Shown: in pieces, positions 42,977 through 55,263 of the stretch
How positions within the stretch are numbered: position 1 is the first letter of the stretch
Layout: each line of letters opens with the position of its first letter
Made by a program: the position numbers and the translations under genes
Assembly: GCA_964016885.1 (NCBI GenBank)
Contig: CAXHJY010000759.1
Coordinates: 1 to 55,263, forward strand
Reading direction: 5' to 3'
Source of the DNA: Eledone cirrhosa
Taxonomy: Eukaryota
DNA: 55,263 nt
The notes under the pieces: generated by a model
Told to the model about the DNA's origin: nothing
Databases searched by the model: none
The model's input: only the letters and a program-made list of their open reading frames with translations

Positions 42977-43516
42977 ATACATATATATGTGTGTGTGTGT
43001 GTGTGCATACATATATATATATAAACACATATATATATGTCTGTCTGTCTATGTGTATATGTGTGGGGCGTAGACATATGAAATACTTATGTGTGACAAT
43101 GTATTTGTGTGTGCGCAAAGGACGTTATATTTGTATGTCAAACAACTTGAGGGTACAGTAGGCATTGCTTGGTGTAACAGACCAATGCAAAACGTATACA
43201 GAGAGGTGAGATAAGGGAAACATGGCCACTATTAATCACTCTATTCACACTAATTAGTTGATTGAATAAGCACACATGTAACAATGGCAACAGCTACAGA
43301 CTAGATGTACAGTAAATATCTGTACGGTTTCTATTATCAAACGTATTTATTTCAAACGGCAAATCAATTCTCAGACAAGGTTTACAAAAACGCCTGCTAT
43401 TTCTTTCTATATTTTCATTTTTCTGAAGCATGTCTTTGATAATTTCAGCTTTGATTCGAATTATACGTCGAACATATACGACTATCTAGCATTTATATTG
43501 AATATATATATACATA

Positions 43517-43569
<53 letters not shown>

Positions 43570-43732
43570 ATAATAATTAATGTGAAGACTATATATATGT
43601 ATATATATATATACATAATATAGTCTTCACATTTATTATTATTATTATTATATACATATATATATATATCTATATATATAGATAGATATATAGATATATA
43701 TATACATATACATATGTGTACATATATATGTA

Positions 43733-43787
<55 letters not shown>

Positions 43788-44173
43788 ATTAAGATGTATA
43801 TATATGCAGAGACTCTGTATGAATAGTAAGATACAGAAATATAATAAACGTATAATTATATACATATATGTGTGTGTATGTGTGAGAGAGAGATAGTACG
43901 TGTGTGTGTGTAAGAGAGAGAGAGATAGAGATAGAGAGATAGTACGTGTATGTGTGTGTGTGTGATTGTATACATAAGTCTGTGTGAGTGTGTATGTGTG
44001 TTTAGTGTGTGTGTGGGTGTGTGCCTATACATATCCGTATACTTATACAAAGCAAATTGCCTTAGTGTAAAATGCTACAATCCTAAAGAACAAAAGGTAC
44101 CAGCAAAAAGCAAGGACAATAACACGAATAAAAAACTTAAAGACCTTTGCATACATACATATATACAATATAT

Positions 44174-44271
<98 letters not shown>

Positions 44272-44440
44272 TACATATATACATACTTATATACATATAT
44301 ACATATATACATACTTACGTACGTACGTACATATATGCTAACATATTCGTACGTACAAGCATACATATATACGTACATATATGCATGCATGCATACATCG
44401 AGGCACACATACTTACACATATATATTGTTATATACTTAC

Positions 44441-44521
<81 letters not shown>

Positions 44522-44522
44522 A

Positions 44523-44565
<43 letters not shown>

Positions 44566-44582
44566 AATATATATATATATTT

Positions 44583-44623
<41 letters not shown>

Positions 44624-44771
44624 TATAATTATATAAATATATAAATATATAAATATATAAATATATATATATATATGTAAATATATGACAACATAAATGT
44701 GTATATATGCGTGTATCAATGTATGCATGCGTGCATATATGTACGTATATATGTATATAAGTTTGTTTGTA

Positions 44772-44815
<44 letters not shown>

Positions 44816-45026
44816 GAAAGGAAGTTGAAGATAAAAAGATAAAAAGACAGATAGAACTGAGACAATGAGCTAGTTTCATTGTTCATGCTTATGTTGTTAG
44901 CTTATTGTTCATTTAGGTTTGTGGTCCACATATATTGTAGCAATTTTCTTTATATACATTGATACACAGGCATATATACATACGTTTAAAAACACGGCAG
45001 TCACAGAAATATGTAAACTTAAATGC

Positions 45027-45058
<32 letters not shown>

Positions 45059-45367
45059 TAATAAAATTATAAATATTTGTATACATATATATATAAATAT
45101 ATATATATATAATATATATATATTTATTTATTTATATGTTTATAAAAAATATAAATATATATATGCATATATAAATATATATATATACATTTATGCACAC
45201 ACATATATACATATCTCATATAGATAAGTAAATATATATGTGCATACATAAATATAGATATATATATATATTTATATATATATATTTATGTAGATATAAA
45301 CACACATATCTTTTATATATATATATATTTATGTTTATATAAATATATATATATTTATGTAGACATC

Positions 45368-45452
<85 letters not shown>

Positions 45453-45715
45453 TGTACACGTATCAGTGTATTTATCGGTTTCTTTGAAAAGAATACAGGA
45501 AATATTTCCTTTTGGCAGATTTCCAAACACATTTACTCTTCACTCAATATTTCTGCATCTGCTTAACACTCTGTTTTCTACGCTGATATCTACGTATGTA
45601 TGGATATGTTTATATACAAACATTCTGACACACACACACTTTCGCACTCCTTCAAGGCATATATATACATATATATATATATACATATGTATATATAGAT
45701 ATATATATATACATA

Positions 45716-45760
<45 letters not shown>

Positions 45761-45862
45761 GTATATATATAGGTCAATATATATCTCTATACATTTATAT
45801 ACATATCTATATCTGTATACATGCATACATACATAAATAAATATATATATATATATATATAT

Positions 45863-46046
45863 AACGAAGGAATTGTGGTAAGGAACCAGGTGGACCATAA
45901 CGCACCAAAGTACTCAATACTTAGGGTAGTAGAGTGGGTAATAGGAACCAGTAAGACCCCGACGGCTGAGCTCAAGCCGTTTCGACGTCCAGAATTAGCC
46001 GTCGAAACGGCTTGAGCTCAGCCGTCGGGGTCTTACTGGTTCCTAT
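45863..46046 (-). mobile_element. Family A copy 4
   Basis: Arms ATAGGAACCAGTAAGACCCC...TTTCGACG / CGTCGAAA...GGGGTCTTACTGGTTCCTAT are perfectly complementary. Confidence 0.9.
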
Positions 46047-46065
46047 ATATATATATATTATATAT

Positions 46066-46096
<31 letters not shown>

Positions 46097-46129
46097 GTCT
46101 CTGTGTATGCGTAATTCTAGTGTAATTAT

Positions 46130-46313
46130 ATCTACTTTTGGCAGAAGGCTACCAATTCCTCCAGTGCATTACTGGTACTTTATTTTATCAACCCCGTAAG
46201 TATGAAAGGCAAAGTGATATCCCATGGCGGGATCTGAACCTAGCCGTAAGTGAGCGTAACTCTATGCTGCAAAACATGGCGTCCTACCCTCTACCGATAC
46301 TGCCAATCCACCA
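46130..46313 (-). mobile_element. S1 SINE (diverged)
   Basis: Aligns to 2041-2230. Confidence 0.85.
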
Positions 46314-46550
46314 ATGAGAACAGTTATCACAAAATAAACCTAACCTTTATACAGCATATTTAAATATAAGTGTAGAACTACATATATGGTTCCTCACTTT
46401 AACTGACAGGTTTCATTGTGGAATTCTGTGGATAACCCTTAAGTGAAACTGTATGATGAAACATTGTAAGGAATTAGAAATTCAACATCTTTCTGTTTTT
46501 CTTCCGCTCTCTCACTCTTTCTCTACCACTCCGTTACTGTCTCTCTGACC

Positions 46551-46874
<324 letters not shown>

Positions 46875-47228
46875 ATATATATATATAGTTATATATAGTT
46901 ATACTTGGGGGGGGGGGGGTTCATATTGTTGTAATAATATTGCCACAAATAATAACAGAACATACTCACTGTTTGGTTGGTTTTTGCTTCTGTATTTTTT
47001 ATATCAGTTAATTCATTTGGTCCTCAATGTTTACCATTGACCGACCAACGGTGAAAAATACAGATATAATATAGATATAAACACATATATATAGTCTAAC
47101 AAAGTTATTTCGTTGCACATCTGCAACATCGTCAGTGGTGCTATTATGTTCCTCCTGTTGTATTGTATATTTACGCCATCAAATATGGCGTAACTATACA
47201 ATACATACAGATACATATATATATATAT

Positions 47229-47446
47229 AAGAAAGAAGGTGTGGTAAGTTACCAGGGGGACCATAACGTACAAGAGTACTCGATACAGAGGGTAATAGTT
47301 GGTTATAGGATTATAGGAAAAGGGTCAGGACCCCGACGGCTGAGCTCCGGACCTTTCAACAGCTAAATACGAACTGGTATCTGCTTCGAATCTAACCATC
47401 GAAACGGCCGGTGGTCAGCCGTCAGGGCTGTGACTCTTTTCCTATA
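47229..47446 (-). mobile_element. Family A copy 6 (old)
   Basis: Same architecture, with many mismatches between the arms. Confidence 0.75.
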
Positions 47447-47801
47447 TATTTTCTATAAATTGACATTTTAACACTCCAGCTCACAGCGATATAAGCACTT
47501 CCAAATGTAATCATGGCGATCCTCATTCTGGCCAGAAAACGACAAGAGTTTATCTTCTGTCCTGCCATGTAATCAATAAGAAAATCTATGTACCAGTTGT
47601 ATCATTACATGTGATGGTTCATCACTAGATCCTATTACTTCCATATATGTATTTCTAGCTTTGTTTCGGAACAGGAGTTATGGATAAAACATACTTATAC
47701 ATACACACATAGACCACATACCACATACGAAGTTAGACACACACAGAATGGTATGTAGGTAGGTAGGTATGCACACAAGCATACTTACACATAGACAAAC
47801 G

Positions 47802-47924
<123 letters not shown>

Positions 47925-48015
47925 ACGTATGTTATGTATATTTATAGACAAGCACACAGACACAGTCTTACACACACACTTATTGTTAGAAGTATGAGAG
48001 AGAAAGAAAGAGATG

Positions 48016-48088
<73 letters not shown>

Positions 48089-48229
48089 TGGGAGAGAGAT
48101 CATAAACAATTAATCGATCCACGGCAATGAGAAAAGTCGGTTAATTACGTCTGGTGCACTGAGTAATAATGACTTACATTTCTAGTATTGATTCACCAGT
48201 GTCATCGTAAGCATTGTCTCTCTCTCTTG

Positions 48230-49040
48230 TACTGTGGTGGTGATAGTACTGGTGGTGGTGGTGATAGTAGTGGTGGTGGTGGTGGTGGTAGTAGTGGTGC
48301 TGGTGTTGGTGGAGGGAGAAGTGGTAGGGATGGCGGAGTTTGTGTAGCTTGTGGTGGGGTTGATGCTGGTGATTGTAGTGGTGGTTGTGGTATTGATGAT
48401 TGTGCTGGAGGTAGAGGTGGTAGGAATGGTAGAGGTTGTGGTGATAACAGGGATAATGGTAACACTGAGGAGGGCGCTGTTGCAGGTGGTGCTAGAAATA
48501 ATGGTTATATGGTATTTGTGCTGTTGCTGCTTGTGGTTCTGGTGCTGGTGGTAGTTGTGTTAGTGGTGGTTCTTTGTTAGCGATGTTGTTCTAGTGGTGT
48601 TGTTGTTGTTGTTGTTGGTGGTGGTGGTAGTAGTGTTAGTGTTGGTGTTAGTGGTGTTTCTTTGTTAATGATTTTGTTCTAGTGGTGATGCTGGTGTAGT
48701 GGTGATGTTGTTCTAGTGGTGCTGTTGGTGGCGGTAGTGGTGGTAGTGTTAGTGGTGGTTCTTTGTTAGCGATGTTGGTGGTGTAGTGTTGATGTTGGTG
48801 TAGTGGTGATATTCGTGTAGTGGTGCTGTGTTGTTGACAATGATGCTGGTAGTAGAAGTGTTAATGGTGGAGGGAGGTATTTCTGGTGGTGTCAGTGATG
48901 GTAGAGGAGGTGGTGGTGTCGGTGGTGGTGGTGGTGGAGTAGGAGTTTTGCTTGTGGTGGTGGCGGCAGCAACATTGATGCTGATGATCATCGTCGAATT
49001 TGCAGTGGCGAAAAGTAACAATGGTGGGAGTTGTGATAAT
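48230..49040. repeat. GGT/GTA-rich low-complexity region with internal duplicated blocks
   Basis: GTGTTAGTGGTGGTTCTTTGTTAGCGATGTTG recurs at about 48557 and 48746, with a variant near 48645. Confidence 0.8.
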
Positions 49041-50090
49041 AGAGGTGATAATCCTCAAACAACGACGACGATGATGAAGGAGAGAATGAGGGGGGGGGGG
49101 TTACAAAAAGTAAAATCTGGACGGGAAAGATTTGAGTAAGAATTGGTAAGAGGGAGAGAGCGAGTGACACAGAGAGGGGGTAAAGGAGAGAAATGGGGAG
49201 ATAGAGAGAGGCGTGATAGAGATAGGGAGAAAGGAGAGGGGAAGAAAGAACGAGGGTGAGATAGAAAGGAATAGAGAAGGGGAAAGAGAGAGAGAGATAG
49301 AGAGAGTGAGAGGGGAAGAGAGAACGGGTGGGGGAGAGATAGAGAGGAATAGAGAGGGAAGGAGAAAGCGAGTGAAAGAGAGGGAGAAGCAAGAGCGGGA
49401 AAGAGAGAGTGGGGGCGAGTGGGTTAGAGAGGAATAGACAGGGAGAGAGATGGGGGAGATAGATGCAGAGAAAGAGAGCGATATATAAAGAGAGAGAGAG
49501 AGAGAGTGAGAGAGAGAGAGAGAAAAGAGAGATAAACATAGAGAGAGAGAAAGGGAGATAGATAAGAAACAATAAGAACCACCACAACAACTATAACAAA
49601 ACATACAAAACATTAACCAGCAACATGTAGTAGTTAGTAAGAAAGCTACAGTTACAACAACCACCACCACCACAACAACAACAACAACCACCACACCAAC
49701 AACAGCAACAGCAGAAACAACATTAGTGTCAAAAGCAGGAAAATCAAAAATAGTAATGAAAGAAGATGAAAAATAATAAGAAGACCCAAGTTAAATAGCA
49801 AATGTAGGGTTATAAATAATCGTACAAACATCAAAGGTGAGTGCAAAGAATATCTATCGATCGTTCGTATTGGCACAGAGGCAGAATTTCGAACGTGGTA
49901 AGTATGTATGGTCGATTGAATCGACCACTGTACCACACTGAACATGCCTTGAACTTTGTTGTTCGCAACGCCAGGGGTATGTATGCATGTATGTATGTAT
50001 GTATGTATGTTTTCTCTTTCTCTTAATTTCGAGTATATTTTTTTGACCGGCCACCTTCCTGGTGGCAAGGTTGTAAAAGAAAAGAAATTG

Positions 50091-51300
50091 TCATCCCTTG
50101 AATCGCAAGAATGTTTTGCAAATTTTGAAGGTGCCAGCTATCGCAGCCATTTGCAGACTATGAATTAGGGAGCTGCGCTTTTTGTCCGCAAATCCAAGTT
50201 CAGTCATACTTTGGTCCAAGCGGGTTGGTATATAACCCGTAGCACCAATAATGATGGGTATGAAGCTAAAGGTGTATCTTGGATACTGGATTTGTAAACT
50301 CCTCATCAATGGTCCGTAGATTGTATGTATGTATGTATGTATGTATGTATGTATGTATGTATGTATGTATGTATGTATGTATGTATGTATGTATGCATGT
50401 ATGTATGTGCCTTTGCTCACTATAGAAGTTTCACGGCACAGGCATTGCTTTATATCTGGAGATCTCTCTGCACTTGTCGTCACATGGTACCATGAGCCCA
50501 GCACTATGTGTCAATAATTATCACAAGTGTAGTGTTTGTACCAGAGTTTTCAAGTCGCTGGCTGGACTAAAAAGTGACACTCGTTCAGGGCATTGGTAGG
50601 GGTTCTCCTACATGGATATAAAGATATTGTCTTCGCTTGTGTCAAAGCTTATTCTTTGAATCGTAAGATCGCTTTAGAAATTTTGATGGTTCCAGATATC
50701 ATGGCCCGTTGTAGCTTATGAACTAAGTAGCTACGTTCTTTCTTCACAAATCCAAGTCCATTGCTATATAATCTGCAGGGTTCATATCTGGGGTCCCTAT
50801 CATTAAAATCACCCAAGACACCTCCAACAAGATATACCTTGGAGGAGGCCAGCTAAACCTGCATAGGTGTGAGCTGTAACAACAACAACAAACAGCCTGC
50901 AGCTCAAATACTAACGGGTGTGAAGCCACTTTTAACACTAGTACTCGGTGCTTGTGGCTTCTACCGAGTGCTTCTTCACCTCGTATTTCTTTTTTAGTGC
51001 TACATATCCAATAATAGCGATGTATTTACACAATCTGGAAGCTTTTGACCAGTATTGCATTTATTGAATTTGCCATAGTCGTACATTGATTTAGTGCCAA
51101 GTTCGAAGATTCCTCGTCGTTGTGAGGCTGTTTGACTCCAATAACTGGCACTCTAAGGAGTCGTTGTTGGTTTAGCAACGTAATCAGCCGCCCATGATTT
51201 GTACATCTCCACAATACAACCGTGACAGATTCCCATCTGGGATGGCGTAAGTTGTAAGGTGAGACAACTGAAAACTTGTATTAAGTGATCAAGTCGAAGA
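50091..51300 (-). pseudogene. Decayed RLE-type non-LTR retrotransposon(s), R4/Dong-like, with two C-termini
   Basis: YGPLMRSLQIQYPRYTFSFIPIIIGATGYIPTRLDQSMTELG...LQMAAIAGTFKICKTFLRFKG* (50091-50320). Upstream WYHVTTSAERSPDI (PD motif). A second end, AMISGTIKISKAILRFKE*, at about 50650-50706. Confidence 0.7.
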
Positions 51301-51731
51301 TATGGAACAGAGACCATGTGTTTATGTCACAGCTTGAAACATTGGTGGAATTCTTCATTGATTACTTAGCTTTAAATTATATAAATCTACAGTCCTGCAG
51401 GGACCCTTTACGGGGACTCCTTAGCAGCTAAAAAAACCAAGGCAAGCACTCTAAAATCACACATTATCCTTCCTTTTAAAATGAAACGAATTATTAGATA
51501 GTGAAAATCTAGATGTTCCTTAAAGAAAAGACAAGATGTCCTCCTAGCATTTGATCATATTTCTGCTTTGACCAAGCTGTAAACAAAATTAAAAAATAAC
51601 AGAAGTTATTTTTGTGGTGTTTTAAGATGGCAGATGAAAACGAATCTAATGGTAAAAAAATAAAAAATGTCACAAAGTGCACCACATTTAATTTTCTCCT
51701 CTATATTAACAGCATCACACACACACACACA

Positions 51732-51819
<88 letters not shown>

Positions 51820-52106
51820 GTGTATATATATATGTATATATGTATATCCACTGCAGAGTAAGGGGATATCTGAGGATGATTCAAATGGAAGATCCTCAAA
51901 TGGCGAATGGTGTCTCCTGCTCTTACATAGTGTCATATTTACCAAGGGATAGTGTTGTATTGCACAGCAATGGTGTACATTATGTGGTTTAAGAAAAGTA
52001 AAAAATAGAGACTTAACTACACACCTAAATGCATCCAGGCATGCTTAAACACATACATGTATACATGCACGAACACACACACACACACACACATATATAT
52101 ACATAT

Positions 52107-52334
<228 letters not shown>

Positions 52335-52372
52335 CAATATATACATATATATATATATATAAATATATATAT

Positions 52373-52552
52373 AACGAAGGAATTGTGGTAAGGAACCAGA
52401 TGGACCATAACCCACCAAAGTACACAATACTTACGGTAGTAGAGTGGGTAATAGGAACAAGTATGACCCCGACGGCAGAGCTCAAGCCGTTTTCAACAGC
52501 TATTTCTGGACTAAACGGCTTGAGCTCTGCCGTCAGGGTCATATTTGTTCAT
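52373..52552 (-). mobile_element. Family A copy 7
   Basis: Tail plus hairpin with arm ends GAACAAGTATGACCC / GGGTCATATTTGTTC. Confidence 0.9.
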
Positions 52553-52567
52553 ATATATATATATATA

Positions 52568-52865
52568 TATATTAAAATACAAATATTAATAAAATCGATG
52601 TTCTTTTGATCAATAAAATGTTATTATACATATTTAAGAGGTTCAACAGTAAGTCATGTATCATTATATTTTGTCTGATGAGGACGTACTGTTGTACCTA
52701 TGAAATATGTATAATGAAATTTAATTGATCAAAAGAACATCTATTTTATTAATATTTGTATTTTAATATTAATAACTCTGGAAAATTATTTTTATTGTAG
52801 AGTGCTTCCAATCTACTGTAAAACTCATTATTTGATGTACTCATTGAATCTTGTTTAACTCTTTA
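52568..52865 (+). mobile_element. Fold-back hammerhead element, family F
   Basis: Arms about 52568-52655 / 52683-52769, tail with ACTCT(52775)...AGAGTGCT(52799-52806). Confidence 0.8.
52668..52720 (+). ncRNA. Type I hammerhead ribozyme motif (family F)
   Basis: ATTTTGT CTGATGA GGACG TAC TGTT GTA CCTAT GAAA TATGTA TA ATGAAAT. Stem I pairs using two G-U pairs. Confidence 0.7.
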
Positions 52866-52875
52866 ATATATATAT

Positions 52876-52914
<39 letters not shown>

Positions 52915-52920
<6 letters not shown>

Positions 52921-53184
52921 AACAAAAGATGGTTAAAAGAGTTCCATGTATTTTATTATGCGCATTTCAAAAACAAATATCATCAATGCAATAATATTTG
53001 TGTTTTCATCAGATAAAACAGGAGGACATGATATGAAGGTTAAATAAACACTTGTGGATAGTTCAGTTTTTAAGTCAACATCTTTTGTTCTTATATATTA
53101 TGTATACTCCAGTCCTACAAACTGTAGAGTGCTTCTTATCCGATATCTGCATTGCTTTATTGTACGACAATAAAACTCACCTCC

Positions 53185-53188
<4 letters not shown>
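52915..53188 (+). mobile_element. Family B copy 4 (full inverted arm, short direct arm, tail)
   Basis: Minus-strand hammerhead with an intact core at 52949-53020 (TCATCAG at 53006-53012). Short right arm CATCTTTTGTTCTTATATA, then the tail. Confidence 0.9.
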
Positions 53189-53253
<65 letters not shown>

Positions 53254-53507
53254 ATATATACGGGTGCATGTGTGCTTGTGTGTGTGTAAATATAGACATG
53301 TGTATTTGGTGACTTGAAATACATGGTTAGTGGAATTTGCACCGACTTGCTGTTGAAGGAGTTCATATTTCGACAAGATAAACTAAAATCCCTCCAATTC
53401 CTGATCGATATAAATTGGTAGATAGGTAATAAATTCTCGTATTTGTGATACAACTTCAAATTAAATCTGGCATACGCATATGTTATATATATATATATAT
53501 ATATATA

Positions 53508-53936
53508 GTTAAAAGAATAGAGGTGTAACACACAAGTTATTATATATTGGTAAACGGAATAGAAAATGCTGACAAATTGTTCACAGTTGAAAAATGGTTT
53601 AATTAGGAATAAAAGAGTATTAGTGATTGTATGGGTTAGTATTCAGTTGTGGTTTTAAGTTTTTAAGTTTTTACCCGGTTGCGCATTTCTAAATGCTTTT
53701 CAAAAATAATTTTGCGATAGAGTGTCCGTGCTGTTTGCTCTGATCAGAGCACGGACACTCTATCTCAAAATTATTTTTGAAAGCATTTAGAAATGCGCAA
53801 CCGGTAAAAACTTAAAAACTTAAAACCACAACTGAATACTAACCCATACAATCACTAATACTCTTTTATTCCTAATTAAACCATTTTTCAACTGTGAACA
53901 ATTTGTCAGCATTTTCTATTCCGTTTACCAATATAT
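53508..53936 (-). mobile_element. Fold-back element, family G (about 190-bp arms, about 33-nt one-sided extension)
   Basis: 53541-53732 is the reverse complement of 53748-53936. GAAATGCGCA (53790) resembles family B stem III, but no complete hammerhead is present. Confidence 0.8.
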
Positions 53937-53938
53937 AT

Positions 53939-54220
<282 letters not shown>

Positions 54221-54282
54221 ATATATATATTTAGTAAGTAAGTTAATTTTTTAAATTCTTTTTAAAATTTTCTTATTTTACG

Positions 54283-54310
<28 letters not shown>

Positions 54311-54313
<3 letters not shown>

Positions 54314-54431
54314 GGAACGAGTAGGACCCCGACGGCTGAGCTCAAGCCGTTTCGACGGCTAATTCTGGGACTAGTATTGAGTACTTTAGTGCGTTATGGT
54401 TCACCTGGTTCCTTACCACATTTCCTCCGTT
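54311..54431 (+). mobile_element. Family A copy 9 (one arm missing)
   Basis: Left arm nearly identical to 35342-35399, joined directly to the distal part of the tail. Confidence 0.85.
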
Positions 54432-54434
54432 ATA

Positions 54435-54488
<54 letters not shown>

Positions 54489-54790
54489 CATGTGTGTGTG
54501 TGTGTCTGTGTGTCTGTGTGTCTGTGTGTCTGAGTGTTCATGTATGTATGTGATAGTGTGTGGGTTACACTATACTATTTCTTCAACCGGTCGAAGTGTT
54601 GTGTCATAGAGCAAGATAATATATTTAAAATTGAAATTTTAATTTCGTATTTAGGTTTCCAGAAGATTTTAAGGTTTTACCGACAGTATTTTAATTTTTA
54701 TTCACATTCTCAGATTTGTTTTAACCATTCCAGGAAATGCATATATCGTTGGCTTGAGGGTATGGCTCCGTTGTGTATTAACTGGCCATA

Positions 54791-54886
<96 letters not shown>

Positions 54887-55242
54887 TATATTTATATTTA
54901 TATACATACATATAGTAATATATATTCGTGTGTGGTTGATGGCTGAGAGAAAGAAGTACTCAATACCGAGTTTTGATATTAATTTATATTAAATGACAAA
55001 AGTGAGTCTCATATGTGTGTGTACGTGCGTGTGTGTGTGTGTGCGTGTGTGTTTAAACGTTTTCTGACACAGACGAATATATAAGATTCTTCGAGATGAA
55101 ATTTCAACATACAAACAAATTGCTCTCATGAAGTAAAATCCAATTTTACATTTGGAAACATATCTCACATACGTAGACACGGAAATGCTCACATAGACAT
55201 AAACACACCCTCTTAGACATAAACATACCCTCCTACACATGT

Positions 55243-55263
55243 GAAGGCGCTTTGCTTAGTGGT
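55243..55263 (+). mobile_element. Probable S2 SINE head cut by the window edge
   Basis: GAAGGCGCTTTGCTTAGTGGT resembles GAAGGCGTGTGGCTGAGTGGT at 4338. Confidence 0.4.

Noticed and set aside
48188-49139. Gly-rich and Pro-rich ORFs resembling structural proteins
   Set aside because: Derived from degenerate (GGT)n/(GTA)n DNA that is open in several frames on both strands.

Overview
AT-rich eukaryotic non-coding DNA, heavily occupied by microsatellites ((TA)n, (GA)n, (CA)n, (TAG)n, (GAA)n, (GAT)n, (TATC)n, (TATG)n). The SINE sequences look octopod/cephalopod to me, but that is an inference from memory. No host protein-coding exon can be supported: nearly all tracked ORFs are repeat read-throughs. 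The main structure is a dense population of about 25 short elements from at least 7 sequence-unrelated families, nearly all embedded in (TA)n tracts. They share one design: a type I hammerhead ribozyme motif (CTGANGA-stem II-GAAA-stem III-NUH, closed by stem I), usually a fold-back duplication that can place ribozyme motifs on both strands, and a one-sided 3' tail carrying a conserved ACTC...GAGTRCY motif. This fits 3' ends of Penelope-like retroelements (PLEs), and decayed GIY-YIG / PLE C-terminal coding remnants lie nearby. Also present: tRNA-derived SINEs (including tandem copies), R4/Dong-like and RTE-like LINE remnants, a ~1 kb compound minisatellite, a templated 74-bp insertion, and a CTCF-like motif. 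All calls are by eye; no database search or folding was run.
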